Shown: positions 11,301 to 21,020 of the stretch, piece after piece
Numbering within the stretch: position 1 is the stretch's first letter
Layout: every line of letters begins with the position of its first letter
Source of the DNA: a virus
IMG/VR virus record: IMGVR_UViG_3300031521_000009
Length of the DNA: 64,000 bases
Direction: 5' to 3' (one strand)
Program-made: the position numbers and the translations under genes
Notes under the pieces: generated by a model
The model's database searches: none
What the model was told of the DNA's origin: nothing
The model's input: the letters and a program-made list of their open reading frames with translations, nothing else

Positions 11301-12683
11301 ACCATTATAGTTATCAATCGTTTTAAGTGTGTCTGCGGGACTTTCATTGAAGTACTGATGTCTATTATCAATATAGGTACGAAAGTCTGTATAATTCATG
11401 TCTGGTATTGTTCCATTGGCATTAGTAAGTGTTACTCCTTCATACCAACCACAAACAGGAAATACTGGTGTTTTATATTGACCATCAATTAAAAATGAAA
11501 CACCCATAGGATAGATTTCATCTTCCATATATTCAAAGTCTTTTGAATCTTGGTCATAGACTTTATCAATATTATTTTCATTTTTAATAACAGCATGAGG
11601 AATAATAAGAGAAGCCATTTCTTTAAGCATATTATAATCAATAGCGCGACCTTTCCAATTAGCACCATAATATCTATCTTCATGTTGTACCTCAGTTTCC
11701 GCAATATCAAAAGCCATATTATCTTTAAAGAGTTCTTCAAATGTAATATCTTGAACTCCATTATTACCATTGAATATAATATTGACCGAACCATTTATAA
11801 TCTTTGTAGACTTAGTAATAAGTTGCATTGACTTACTCAAAGTATCTGAGGTTCCATAATAATGGACAAAACCGACAGAAACCTTTTTATAGTTTGAGTC
11901 GGTATTTGTAATCTGTAATTGTACTTGTTTTGATACTCTTTGTTCACCAGTGTTCAATACTCCTGAAGAACTATTAAACTCTTTCGAACCACTATGAATA
12001 TAAAATGGACCAACTTCTTTTATGAATGGTGTTGTATTTAATGATTCATCTTCATAACGAATATAGAAAAAATAAGTACCTGGTTTAATTGAACCATTGT
12101 CTTTTACTTGTCCTTGAACATCCGGAACTTTAGTAATACTTTTTTGATGAACAAACAATACAATATCATCAAGATTAGTATATGAACGAAGTGTTTTTTT
12201 ACCATCTTGGTCAATACCGGTATTGATAATAATATTCTTATTAAGTCCATCACAGATATATAAATCAACAGAACCATCATAACTATTTTTAGCAATCATT
12301 TCAAGTAATTTTCCTTTTGTAAAACCAAGTACTGATTGATTAATAGAAAGTCTATCATTTGGCCCATTAGGAATAATAAGAAGTGTTTCTTCTACCCATA
12401 TAGTACCATTACTTCCTTTGAATGAATAAAAATTTATTTTTTCATTATCGAAATCATGAGTTACAATATAAATGATGCCATTGAATGATACACATCCAAT
12501 AGGAACTTCATTAGTACCAAAAGAAGCAATGTTTTTTGTACCACGGATATTGGTAATAGTAAACCCATGATCGTCCTTAGAAACAATACTTCCATTAAGC
12601 ATATAGGTATAACTATTCTGTGGCATCAACGTATTATCAATACCTCTTTTCATACCACCTAGAAATGTATTATTATGTTGCAT
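8304..12683 (-). CDS. Tail muzzle / stabilization protein (P22 gp10-like, crAss-type), 1459 aa
   Basis: N-terminal NTFLGGMKRGIDN...SYTYMLNG and C-terminal TLVFNEKLDFFSGFYSY ... MRGQWIKVKI motifs; follows a ring protein gene. Confidence 0.8.
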   Translation of the reverse strand: MQHNNTFLGGMKRGIDNTLMPQNSYTYMLNGSIVSKDDHGFTITNIRGTKNIASFGTNEVPIGCVSFNGIIYIVTHDFDNEKINFYSFKGSNGTIWVEETLLIIPNGPNDRLSINQSVLGFTKGKLLEMIAKNSYDGSVDLYICDGLNKNIIINTGIDQDGKKTLRSYTNLDDIVLFVHQKSITKVPDVQGQVKDNGSIKPGTYFFYIRYEDESLNTTPFIKEVGPFYIHSGSKEFNSSSGVLNTGEQRVSKQVQLQITNTDSNYKKVSVGFVHYYGTSDTLSKSMQLITKSTKIINGSVNIIFNGNNGVQDITFEELFKDNMAFDIAETEVQHEDRYYGANWKGRAIDYNMLKEMASLIIPHAVIKNENNIDKVYDQDSKDFEYMEDEIYPMGVSFLIDGQYKTPVFPVCGWYEGVTLTNANGTIPDMNYTDFRTYIDNRHQYFNESPADTLKTIDNYNGLYKFPRKGVISHSTNADDLKQLHFKLMGVEFIRDFAYEYYQTNKALLPNITTIYFVQGNRQENVVCQGYSCAMVEAVGFKNTFECYRGVSPTTAGDREVSQSTKLGTHNIDVAFPFLGGDRKLFPVIKIERYSQGWSITKWGVTELQVMNKEEILVREQETDASQKWTYYNNPTANDMWARYYDHRDYFLGLKTNKYSVFTPDLLLNKKLVIVGDYYLRPKVKIDALGQGFNPLVTDNNIENKYKPHTSSIIAYQDLSERLIEPSISNNYHIISNPIAIKITANIIQENQVLSTTGFSSRMKSILDVFGDEVWDGSNDPPQKVIENYFDQSRDQLKDAGILINRTKKSTTDNEVDVRPVIISFENIDIEWPFGSRLVSPFENNLDSNSLPVVATNLSMTATPYFGCTTTKVGKYHSEATVFTTDNPDYRNLNSAIVDICKYATIQEYIDSIKNSYNILDENYSIIDNDNSWFAEENYVAKKFYKGDLFSQNTFMRCIRWNTFPENITNWERSWQCGIAFNMYLQSFTNSNLRVPSADDTFYPYVLKNALEANYDTIVQDFIWRNKTNQFFKESWEINGGYNETKGTYTLLPFDEIFTMKSNTAANRIYFSNVHVDGAFVDQYRQLPIGQYQDFNFEGGEIKKLVTINSTLFIIQRKNIIQLYGSTKLQSSQDSSEIVLGDKTVLSSQSKKIADFGTTHKESICSGDKGCYGVDWDNEKIWRIAGASTTSGNVLFGAEDLVTSKQVTDIFKFIKGIITKLPQDLYSEEQTGIISVFDEENKEILFTFKLGNGNYFTLVFNEKLDFFSGFYSYDTNFYMKLDSRLFSFSNGIDANRFTIWEHNKGDYQYFYNNTIPNNFELEFIINGSAEKQDVSSFEKEFRSHLMVMCPEEIENISWKTEYQESEKKAFINNAEFWTNPEYKEHAWNIPIIPSTNKNNFGPLSTQTFNTFEAKSQMRGQWIKVKIVYKGKRLLGNVDKSYIPKYFYLKNVITNFIISYS

Positions 12684-13326
12684 GGTAATGTCTTTTTGTA
12701 ATGAATTTATATTCCGGACTAATAATGAAATTATGAATCTCTTCTATATCATTGTTTGATAAATCACCCCAGCTAACATATGCAGCCTGTATTTCATAAT
12801 CAGAATCCTGACATATCTGTAGCCATCTCCATTGAGCAATACGAGGTGGAATAATACTAGCATCCTCTTCATGCATCTTCTTAATACAATAAGCATAACA
12901 TGCTGTTTCATATCCACGTTTTACAAGTGGAAAACCAACTTCATCAACCGGCAATGAATAGTAATCAATAAAACACTTCTGAGGGGTCTTAGTAGTACTA
13001 AACTGTACATACTGTCCTTGATAAGTACTATGTTTTATCTTCTGACCGGATTCATCAAAAACATTTTCTAATTTGAATACATCAGGTGGAACCAATGCAC
13101 GATTAGAACGAATGACTAATGTAGGATCATCAACAGAAGTAGGTTCTCCAATTTGAACTTTCTTATTCAAAATTAATCCTACTGGATCAGTAAGATATTC
13201 TGAAACAACTTCACTACACCATCGCATTATTTGTATCTTACTTATCTGAGTCCCTTTTATTGGAAACGCAGACAACAACCGAACATATATTTCGGCTGCT
13301 GTAAAGAATTTATTATTCGGATTCAT
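12673..13326 (-). CDS. Tail ring (tubular) protein, 217 aa
   Basis: IDYYSLPVDEVGFPLV...ACYAYC motif of crAss-like ring proteins; adjacent to muzzle. Confidence 0.7.
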   Translation of the reverse strand: MNPNNKFFTAAEIYVRLLSAFPIKGTQISKIQIMRWCSEVVSEYLTDPVGLILNKKVQIGEPTSVDDPTLVIRSNRALVPPDVFKLENVFDESGQKIKHSTYQGQYVQFSTTKTPQKCFIDYYSLPVDEVGFPLVKRGYETACYAYCIKKMHEEDASIIPPRIAQWRWLQICQDSDYEIQAAYVSWGDLSNNDIEEIHNFIISPEYKFITKRHYHAT

Positions 13327-13492
13327 CTTTATTAGATTTTAATTCTATATTTTGATAAGCAAAAACTCCATGTACATTCCTTGCTGTCTTTACATACAAC
13401 TCATTTGGTCTATACTCTTTATTGCTATCCTCTACTACCTCTTTCAGTTTCTGGTAGTACTCTTCGTCGTGTGCTGTCGAACGCTTATTCAT
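13313..13492 (-). CDS. Small hypothetical protein, 59 aa (below ORF-track cutoff)
   Basis: MNKRSTAHDEEYYQKLKEVVEDSNKEYRPNELYVKTARNVHGVFAYQNIELKSNKDESE*; fills the gap exactly, starting 2 nt after the upstream stop. Confidence 0.65.
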   Translation of the reverse strand: MNKRSTAHDEEYYQKLKEVVEDSNKEYRPNELYVKTARNVHGVFAYQNIELKSNKDESE

Positions 13493-13494
13493 AA

Positions 13495-13863
13495 TTATTG
13501 CATTGGTTGTTCTGTTACAGAAGTTGCTGTCTGTGGTGTTGCTTGTGATTGTCCTTGTGACTGTAGTTGATCAGTAGCTTGTTGAATCAACTGTTGTGCC
13601 TGTGCTTGTGGAATACCACCCTGTATTAGTTTAGCAAGAATATCTTCCGGCTTAGCACCTTGTTGTAACATTTTGATAATTTCTTGTATCATTTGAGCAG
13701 TTTGTTCTTCTGACATCTGTGTACTGGCCGGAGCCGATGTTTTAGCAGGAACAGATGATTTACCTTGTGCTTGTTGCACTTGTTCTTTAGTATAACCTTT
13801 AGAAGGTGTCGTTGTCTTAGCAGTACTTGCTGCAGCATACTTTGTTTTGTCAATTGTTGCCAT
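13495..13863 (-). CDS. Gln/Ala/Thr-rich hypothetical protein, 122 aa
   Basis: Tightly packed in operon; small helical core EQTAQMIQEIIKMLQQGAKPEDILAKLIQGGIPQAQAQQLI. Confidence 0.7.
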   Translation of the reverse strand: MATIDKTKYAAASTAKTTTPSKGYTKEQVQQAQGKSSVPAKTSAPASTQMSEEQTAQMIQEIIKMLQQGAKPEDILAKLIQGGIPQAQAQQLIQQATDQLQSQGQSQATPQTATSVTEQPMQ

Positions 13864-13865
13864 GA

Positions 13866-14369
13866 TTAAAATTTTATATTATTATCTTCTAATGAATGTA
13901 ATTTATTTTTATAAAACTTCCCAAATGATACATAAGGGAAACCATATCTTATCTTATCCGGAGAAAAAAAATAATCGCAATTAATACGAGTATAAAATCC
14001 TTTTCTCTTTGAACGTTCTTTGTCTTTCTGACGACCTTGGTATTTAGTACTTGATGTCAATGTCATCAAACTTAATAACCCAACTTTATTTATTTTTATA
14101 GTATTTCCTTTAAAGAGTTCTTCTACTATTATAGAAACATATGCAAAGAACACTTTATAGGCCATACCTCTTATAATTTGGCTTTTCGGATGCGTATTGG
14201 TAGAAAAGGTCACATGAGATAAACGAGGTCTAAAAAGGGTATCTATGTAAGCCGTTTTGCGTACGCCAAACTTATTGTTTTCATTAACCACATCATGATA
14301 ATCAAATTCCTCTTTCCTAAACTCTTTTACCTTTTTATTAATCCGAGTCTTCTTTGAAAATACTTCCAT
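13866..14369 (-). CDS. IHF/HU-like DNA-binding protein, 167 aa
   Basis: Basic; IIVEELFKGNTIKINKVGLLSL matches the HU/IHF helix-beta core; IHF-like genes are typical of crAss-like tail clusters. Confidence 0.6.
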   Translation of the reverse strand: MEVFSKKTRINKKVKEFRKEEFDYHDVVNENNKFGVRKTAYIDTLFRPRLSHVTFSTNTHPKSQIIRGMAYKVFFAYVSIIVEELFKGNTIKINKVGLLSLMTLTSSTKYQGRQKDKERSKRKGFYTRINCDYFFSPDKIRYGFPYVSFGKFYKNKLHSLEDNNIKF

Positions 14370-15321
14370 TTATATCTTTATGAGGATTTATACCATCACG
14401 GAACTGAGCCGAGTAATTCTCTTTCATATCAATACCAAAATACTTTTCAACCGGTTCAAAATATTCTGTTGTCTTATCCGAATGAGTACGATACTGATAC
14501 TCTCCAAATGGTATATTCTGTTCTCTAGTAAATCGTGGCGTCTCAATAGCTTTATCATCTGGAATGATATAATCAATATTATTATAAGTAATAATAAAAC
14601 CTTTAATATCATTTTGAATAAAATTATATACATTATTTTCATCATTATTATATGCTATAACTGCTCCTTCTATTCCAGCAAAATTACTACTAATTAAATC
14701 ACCATTACGATAATGTTTTGTTGCAAGATTTTGTTGTAACCATACTTGATTACCTATTTTAATAGTATTGTATATATTACCATCTATATCTGTAACTGAA
14801 CCTTCATTTATTTCATTATCTTTTATGCATCGAATACTAAAACCTATATCTAAATAACTAGTTTGGTTATGTCCAAAAACATCAGCATCTAATTGTACGC
14901 CACTAAAAAGTGCAAGATTAGTAGAATATCGAGAAGTAGACCACCATGAAGCATTTCCACGCATATTATAAGAACCACTAACAGTATCATATTGGCCACC
15001 TGGTAATGCAGTAAACCCACTTTCATTAGTAGTATTTGGGTCTTGCCATAACCAATGTTCATCTCCAAGTTCCTTTACTTTAGCACCCGCAACATATGTT
15101 CCTCCTAAATAATCAACTAAATTACCCCATTCAGCAATAGTTGGAATATGATATCCTTCTGGTGCAATTCCTCTATCATCTATGGCAGCATACCAATTAT
15201 AAAGTCTACCATATTTAATAGTTTTTGTTGTTTCAGGAACTTTATGATAATCTTTCCATGAAACACCTTCATAGAATAATTCACCGTCAACTTCTACTTG
15301 TTCTGTTATAACTAAATACAT
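14338..15321 (-). CDS. Fib_succ_major (FISUMP) domain protein with circularly permuted domain, 327 aa
   Basis: YGRLYNWYAA, PEGYHIPTIAEW, NESGFTALPGG, WWSTS, GFSIRCIKD, followed by TDIDGNIYNTIKIGNQVWLQQNL. Confidence 0.85.
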   Translation of the reverse strand: MYLVITEQVEVDGELFYEGVSWKDYHKVPETTKTIKYGRLYNWYAAIDDRGIAPEGYHIPTIAEWGNLVDYLGGTYVAGAKVKELGDEHWLWQDPNTTNESGFTALPGGQYDTVSGSYNMRGNASWWSTSRYSTNLALFSGVQLDADVFGHNQTSYLDIGFSIRCIKDNEINEGSVTDIDGNIYNTIKIGNQVWLQQNLATKHYRNGDLISSNFAGIEGAVIAYNNDENNVYNFIQNDIKGFIITYNNIDYIIPDDKAIETPRFTREQNIPFGEYQYRTHSDKTTEYFEPVEKYFGIDMKENYSAQFRDGINPHKDINGSIFKEDSD

Positions 15322-15323
15322 AA

Positions 15324-15980
15324 TTATTGTCCTCCATTATCTTGTTGTTGCTGTTGTTGTGGTTGCTTTACTGGAACATTCTTTGTCTCATCAACACCAT
15401 TATTTGCAAAGTCTACCGGCATACCTAATTTTGCAGCAATATGTTGAAAAGTAATTATCTCTAACTGCCTTTCATTATTCTCTCCAATAGGATATGCTGT
15501 TGTTTGATAGAAGTAACCTATAAGTGTATTTGGTTGCTCAAAAATAGCATGTATCTCTACAGGTCCTACTGCAGTAGTATTTAATTGAAGATAAGCACCT
15601 ACATCAGCAAATGCTATTTGACTACCACCAAATCGATGATATTCATAACTTGCCAATTCTTCAAAAGAACAATAATGATACTGTGGTTTATTAGTACCAT
15701 CCGGGCCAAAGTATCTTATATTACGTTTACCAATACCCTGCATCAATTTACAAGGTAAAGTCAATTTCTTATAATGTGCATCAAAATCAGTAGTTATACC
15801 AAAAGTAATTTGAAAGAATGCCGTCAATGGTTCTCCGGAAACATATAACGCACGTATAAGCGTAGCCCGGGAGAAGTTTATCATATCAATAATCCATTCA
15901 TCATGCAATATCTGATCATCGGTAAGATGTGGTTTTAATTGAAGTTTTAAACTCTCAACTATCTTTTCTAATGTTACCAT
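15324..15980 (-). CDS. Tail ring protein, 218 aa
   Basis: MVTLEKIVE..DDQILHDEWIIDMINFSRATLI and IHAIFEQP..AYPI motifs resembling crAss-like ring proteins. Confidence 0.65.
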   Translation of the reverse strand: MVTLEKIVESLKLQLKPHLTDDQILHDEWIIDMINFSRATLIRALYVSGEPLTAFFQITFGITTDFDAHYKKLTLPCKLMQGIGKRNIRYFGPDGTNKPQYHYCSFEELASYEYHRFGGSQIAFADVGAYLQLNTTAVGPVEIHAIFEQPNTLIGYFYQTTAYPIGENNERQLEIITFQHIAAKLGMPVDFANNGVDETKNVPVKQPQQQQQQDNGGQ

Positions 15981-15992
15981 ATTTCTAGTATT

Positions 15993-16027
15993 AAAAAAGG
16001 GTAAGTAGACATATCCTACCTACCCTT
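15993..16027 (-). terminator. Rho-independent terminator after the capsid operon
   Basis: Minus strand AAGGGTAGGTAGG-loop-TCTACTTACCCTT followed by a T run. Confidence 0.8.
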
Positions 16028-16052
16028 CTTGGATTTAATTGAAAGTTATTTA

Positions 16053-17000
16053 TTAAGGCGCTGTTTCCAATGCCACAACTCTTGCAGTAAGACTATCCAA
16101 TGGATTTACATTCAATGCAACATATCCATTAAAAGCAGTATCAGGAGCAGCAACAACATCTGCCATAGATGGTACAACACCAGCATTAGCAACAGCAATA
16201 GCAGCAAACAAATTATCATCTACTAAGGCCAATGGCATATAGAAATTATAAACCTGTTCTCTATCAGCAAATGCACTAGCAGAAACATTTTCATATCCTT
16301 CTGTTTTTGCAACAATAGTAAAACAACAATAATCAACTCCCTCAGTAGGCATAACAACACGTTGTCCTGCATTTTCTTCCTTAATCATAAAGATACGACT
16401 CAATTGATCATTTGTCAATGTATCTTTCTTAGGAGCAGTTGTAAGTACTTGTGTGAAGTTATCATCGAAAATACGAACAGTAACCGGTTGTCCTTTTTCT
16501 TTTGCAGTAAGAACAAGTGCAGAAGTACCAGCAGCACCCGTACGAGTAGCTACTACACAAGCACCACTGTTTACAGCATTTGAAGTTCTCATTACATCTG
16601 CATTGATTGCATCAACAAGACCATCAACAACAGATTGTTTATCCGCAGTCAAAGTAGCCGTATTGGTCAACTTATAACTATAAGTATGACTTACTGGGAA
16701 CTGATGATTTCCGGAACCATCATACAATGGTTGACGTGTAACCTCAATTTCAAATAATCGTTGATCACCGGTAGTCTTAGCAACGAATGCAGGGGTAAGA
16801 GTTATCACTGCAGCAGTACCAACAGCAGATGTTTTCTTTATAATACTTGTCTTACCATTAAACGGAATATCAATTCCATATTTTTTACATACAAGATGTT
16901 TGATACCAGTAGTCACATTACCTTCGTAATACATTCCAAAGTCTTTCGGACCAATGGTATTAAATAGGTAGTCTTGTCCACCTCTTATTAAATTACTCAT
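16053..17000 (-). CDS. Auxiliary (decoration) capsid protein, 315 aa
   Basis: Thr/Ala/Val-rich beta protein (VVDGLVDAINAD...ALVLTAKEKG); last gene before the terminator of the MCP operon. Confidence 0.6.
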   Translation of the reverse strand: MSNLIRGGQDYLFNTIGPKDFGMYYEGNVTTGIKHLVCKKYGIDIPFNGKTSIIKKTSAVGTAAVITLTPAFVAKTTGDQRLFEIEVTRQPLYDGSGNHQFPVSHTYSYKLTNTATLTADKQSVVDGLVDAINADVMRTSNAVNSGACVVATRTGAAGTSALVLTAKEKGQPVTVRIFDDNFTQVLTTAPKKDTLTNDQLSRIFMIKEENAGQRVVMPTEGVDYCCFTIVAKTEGYENVSASAFADREQVYNFYMPLALVDDNLFAAIAVANAGVVPSMADVVAAPDTAFNGYVALNVNPLDSLTARVVALETAP

Positions 17001-17012
17001 GATTTTTATTTA

Positions 17013-17696
17013 TTAATGTTTGAATTTTAATTCATTATTGAAAGTAGGATATCGACTATCTTGTATGCCCTCTAAATACATGCGAGAAGCAACTGTAACG
17101 ATTTCAGAACATACCTCTTTGTCAAATATACTTTCACTTGAATTAGTAGTATCCATTTCCGATATAACCGGAGGATTGATAACGTAATTCATCCTAAGTT
17201 TTGGATAACCAGTACCACTTGTTGAATAGGGCGCGTAAATAAATACTTTTTTTACAACAGCCCCATTCACTTCAAGGTTTTGTAAATTGTAATAACAATT
17301 AGTTGGTGTTGGCTTACTATAAATGCCATTTAAAATAGTAGTCTGCTCATTTAATGAAAGAGGATTACATTTACCTTCATTATTTGGAACAACCTCTATT
17401 ACCAACTTTGTTATCAATCTACAATCTTTTGGTAAATCAATTGTAAATGTTTTATACCTATAAACATCCCATTCTTCCAACCATACTCCAACAACTAAAT
17501 AAGGACCAACAGTAATAGGCAAAAGCTGTATTGCAAACTTCTTGTTTGTATCAAAGTTATCAATCTTGTTTGAAATAACTTCTTCTGTTGCTAAATTTAG
17601 AATAGTTGAAAATTCAAGTGGTAGAACAGTGCCTACACGTGACTTCCTAACAATAGTCAGAAAATCTTTATACATATCTACAATTAATACCGGCAT
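17013..17696 (-). CDS. Putative ring/neck protein, 227 aa
   Basis: EFSTILNLA...MNYVINP...EVCSEIVTVA pattern of crAss-like ring proteins downstream of MCP. Confidence 0.55.
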   Translation of the reverse strand: MPVLIVDMYKDFLTIVRKSRVGTVLPLEFSTILNLATEEVISNKIDNFDTNKKFAIQLLPITVGPYLVVGVWLEEWDVYRYKTFTIDLPKDCRLITKLVIEVVPNNEGKCNPLSLNEQTTILNGIYSKPTPTNCYYNLQNLEVNGAVVKKVFIYAPYSTSGTGYPKLRMNYVINPPVISEMDTTNSSESIFDKEVCSEIVTVASRMYLEGIQDSRYPTFNNELKFKH

Positions 17697-17700
17697 AATA

Positions 17701-18483
17701 CTATTTGTTACCTTCTGATTTGTCCAACATATCTTTCAATGGGACATACAGATTATTGTTTTTGTTATCGAAAATAAAAGCAGCAGCTTCTTTTTCATCT
17801 GCACCAAGAGTTACTTTGTCATACATGATATATCCATTAGCAACCGCGCGTTGTATCATCTTCTTTGAAAGAAGTTTTTTGATGAATACAATTTGTTGAT
17901 TAGCATCAAGATTTTCAAGATATGAAAGAACTTCTCCCGGACGTGATTCAACTAATTCAAATACTCTGGCCTCAGCAATTTTCGTTGATAGATTAGTAGC
18001 ATTCTCTCCAAAATAGAATAATAAATTATTCATATCTGAAAGAGCCAAGTCAAGTACTTTCGCACCGGCTTTTGCTTTTGTTCTTGAATCAACAATAGTT
18101 TTTTCTGCTTCTGCTTCGAAATTCTGAATATAGAATAAATGTTTACCTACTACTACTTCTTTACGGCTATGTGCTATCTCCGGCATTTCAAGAGCAAGAT
18201 TATAAAGTGCTAAATCTCTTGTTGGAAGATATTTTCCGTTTGTCTTTATTAAAACAAGTGTTTGGTTATGAACAATAGGATAATTCTCATCTTCTTTAAT
18301 TATCAATTCTTGTCTTAATAATTCAGTTGGACTCAAATCTTGTTGCCCTGTCAATAACTTTTTTGATACATTATCAGTAATAGGAGTCATTAAAAATGGT
18401 TTTTCCTTATACTTCTTATTGATCGCGTAGATTTTTATTTCTTCGCGTTCTTCACCTGTTTCGTCTTTGGTTGTCTTAGCCAT
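17701..18483 (-). CDS. Conserved head-associated protein downstream of MCP, 260 aa
   Basis: C-terminal TLGADEKEAAAFIFDNKNN motif; position immediately after MCP. Confidence 0.55.
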   Translation of the reverse strand: MAKTTKDETGEEREEIKIYAINKKYKEKPFLMTPITDNVSKKLLTGQQDLSPTELLRQELIIKEDENYPIVHNQTLVLIKTNGKYLPTRDLALYNLALEMPEIAHSRKEVVVGKHLFYIQNFEAEAEKTIVDSRTKAKAGAKVLDLALSDMNNLLFYFGENATNLSTKIAEARVFELVESRPGEVLSYLENLDANQQIVFIKKLLSKKMIQRAVANGYIMYDKVTLGADEKEAAAFIFDNKNNNLYVPLKDMLDKSEGNK

Positions 18484-18509
18484 TATCTATAATTTTTAAA
18501 AAGAATGAA

Positions 18510-19946
18510 TTAATATTTTACTGGACGATAAAGTTCAGCAATACCATTTACATCAAGTAAAGCTGCACCGGTTTCCCATAGGATGTGGTGGTGTTTACCA
18601 TCTACTGAGTTGGCCATGTCGCCACCTTTATTGATACCGTTTACTTCACCTTCTAACCAACCACGTTTACCAAGTTGCAATAACTCAATTGCTGGTTGAT
18701 TGATTTCAACATCTCCCAATGATACAAAGATAGCATTATGAGAACTATTACGGGTTCCATCAGCACCATAGGTAGTTGCACGCATTGGACTATCAAACCA
18801 AGGCACTACAGTAGGGATCATTTTTACTCCACCAAATTCGTAATACTCGTAATCAAGATTGATACCTTTCTTTCCATTACCACCCATCTCAACTGTTTTA
18901 GGGTCGATACCAGCCTGATCTCTCATTAGCTTAGCGAAACCCTTGTAAAACTGCATACCACAGATTACAGCTACCTCTTTACCCCATGAAGAAGAATAGA
19001 TAGAAATATTTTCCATGATATTATCAATGACACGAGTCGACATAACATTGTATGGTAATCTCCAAGCACCATCACCTTGGTTCAAAATACCATCACCGGC
19101 CATTACTTCGAATCCTTCATTTGTTTTTAATAGAACTTTATCATCTGCAGTAACAGTTGATTTTCCATTCAACAATTGTTTTTCACGATATGTAGCAGCA
19201 CGTTCAAGCATTTGAATTTGTGCATGGTCAGCCCACATAGAAACACCGTTATGTTCCATCCAAATAGCACTAGGACGATATTCATCAGCAGTACCAGAGA
19301 TAGACCATTTCAAACGTTGAATAGTCATGTGAGTATATGCCTTTTCATCAAAGGTATATTTTTCGTAAGCTGTTTCTGACATTTCTTCAAATGAAGTATG
19401 AGAAATACTTACTTCTTGGCCTATTGCAAGCAAATTTGGATTTACAAAATCACCTGACACATTAGTCATGATTTTTACACGATAATGGAAAATTCCGGCA
19501 TCAATTTCTTGTGGAAGTGTAGAGTCGGAAACGTGTACGTAAGTTTGATTATCGGCAAGTTCAAGAACATCTTTTGGAGAGAACCAGTTAGTATCAAGAT
19601 ACAAGTCAATCCATGTTTGATTACGACCCGGTTCATTAGGGAATGCATCACATTTGAATGCAGCAATAACGCGAGCTTTACGGTCTGGATAACCTTTGAC
19701 GTTCCACATTACTTTACGGTTACCAACGATTTTGTATTTTCCTGATTTTGGATTCAAAGGATCAGCAAGTTTACCCGAAAACATATTACGTCCGGCAAGT
19801 AACGAACTAAAGGCAGTAGAACTTTTAGAAAATAAAGTAGTTACTTGAGCAAGCATATGTGGACTTGCAATCAAGTATTGTGACATGTGTTTTGATGTCG
19901 GAGTTTGATTAGCGAACTCTTGTGGTGCGCCAGGTAAAATTCTCAT
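18510..19946 (-). CDS. Major capsid protein (crAss-like HK97 fold), 478 aa
   Basis: Size; position after scaffold; motifs LYLDTNWFSPKDVL, REKQLLNGKS, AGDGILNQ, YEYYEFGG, MANSVDG. Confidence 0.88.
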   Translation of the reverse strand: MRILPGAPQEFANQTPTSKHMSQYLIASPHMLAQVTTLFSKSSTAFSSLLAGRNMFSGKLADPLNPKSGKYKIVGNRKVMWNVKGYPDRKARVIAAFKCDAFPNEPGRNQTWIDLYLDTNWFSPKDVLELADNQTYVHVSDSTLPQEIDAGIFHYRVKIMTNVSGDFVNPNLLAIGQEVSISHTSFEEMSETAYEKYTFDEKAYTHMTIQRLKWSISGTADEYRPSAIWMEHNGVSMWADHAQIQMLERAATYREKQLLNGKSTVTADDKVLLKTNEGFEVMAGDGILNQGDGAWRLPYNVMSTRVIDNIMENISIYSSSWGKEVAVICGMQFYKGFAKLMRDQAGIDPKTVEMGGNGKKGINLDYEYYEFGGVKMIPTVVPWFDSPMRATTYGADGTRNSSHNAIFVSLGDVEINQPAIELLQLGKRGWLEGEVNGINKGGDMANSVDGKHHHILWETGAALLDVNGIAELYRPVKY

Positions 19947-19973
19947 GATGAATTTGATTAATAGAGTTGATTA

Positions 19974-21020
19974 TTATTCTGGTTGTTCAAGCAATTTGAC
20001 TTCTGACTCAAAGTCTAATGATTGACCAGTCTTTCGAGCGCTAACACCAGCAAAATTAGGAGTAATACTTAATGACTTAAGTAATGCTTCTTTTCCACCT
20101 TCACGCCCCTTAGTAATTGTTTCTATTACTTTTTCTTCTCCAAACTTAGCAACCATTACAAACATTTTGTATAATGTCATATTGTCTGACAATATTTCAT
20201 CTATTAAACGTTCACCGGTTTCTTTATTTGGAACAACAACTCTCTCAAATTCTGCTAAAAACTGATTATGGGTTTCTTGATTGACAGGAATACCATAAAT
20301 AGAATCAACTTTTGAAAGACTTTCTTTAAGGGTATTCAATTCGCCTTTTGTTTCAGCCAACATTTGATTGTACTGAGTTTCATAAGTAGCAGATTGACTT
20401 TTCTTATATTCTTTTACAAGATTATCATTGTAGTTCTTGATATTTTCATCAATTACTAAAGCAGCATCTTGCTTTTGTATTTTAGTCATTCGACCAATCT
20501 CTTGTACAATATCATCATCAGTCAAACCACTTGGATTTTTTTCTGAATCATAAACACCATAACGAGTTTTTAAATCAAATGCAATTTTTTCATCAACAGT
20601 AAATTTACTTGCATCAACATACTGTTCTGATACATTTGTTACTAAATCATTAATCGTAAGATTAGGATTAGTAGCAGTCATATCTTGTATCTGTTGTGCT
20701 AATGGATGAAGAACCGGTTTCTCTAAACCAAATTTCTGTGCAATAAATGGACGAAGTAAATCATTCTCTGTTTCGGCAGTAATCTTTTCAGGCATTTTAA
20801 AGCCTTCTAAATCTTTAAATGAATCCCACAAAGGAGAAGGAGTGTAAACTGTCTCTACGGTATCTTCTGTTGTTTCCTCGGCAGTCTTTTCCACTTTCAT
20901 AGGTTCATCATATGTACCAGCAGGTGCTTCTAACCTTTGAAGTTCTTCAGCAGAAAAGCCACCAGAGGTATCTTGACCTTCGGTAGCTTCTTGCATTTTA
21001 AAAAATAATGGCTTATACAT
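19974..21020 (-). CDS. Putative capsid scaffolding protein, 348 aa
   Basis: Acidic helical protein directly upstream of MCP. Confidence 0.6.
   Translation of the reverse strand: MYKPLFFKMQEATEGQDTSGGFSAEELQRLEAPAGTYDEPMKVEKTAEETTEDTVETVYTPSPLWDSFKDLEGFKMPEKITAETENDLLRPFIAQKFGLEKPVLHPLAQQIQDMTATNPNLTINDLVTNVSEQYVDASKFTVDEKIAFDLKTRYGVYDSEKNPSGLTDDDIVQEIGRMTKIQKQDAALVIDENIKNYNDNLVKEYKKSQSATYETQYNQMLAETKGELNTLKESLSKVDSIYGIPVNQETHNQFLAEFERVVVPNKETGERLIDEILSDNMTLYKMFVMVAKFGEEKVIETITKGREGGKEALLKSLSITPNFAGVSARKTGQSLDFESEVKLLEQPE

Noticed and set aside
14338-15321. Diversity-generating retroelement targeting the FISUMP domain
   Set aside because: No reverse transcriptase, Avd or adenine-variant template repeat seen in this window; cannot be excluded for the rest of the genome
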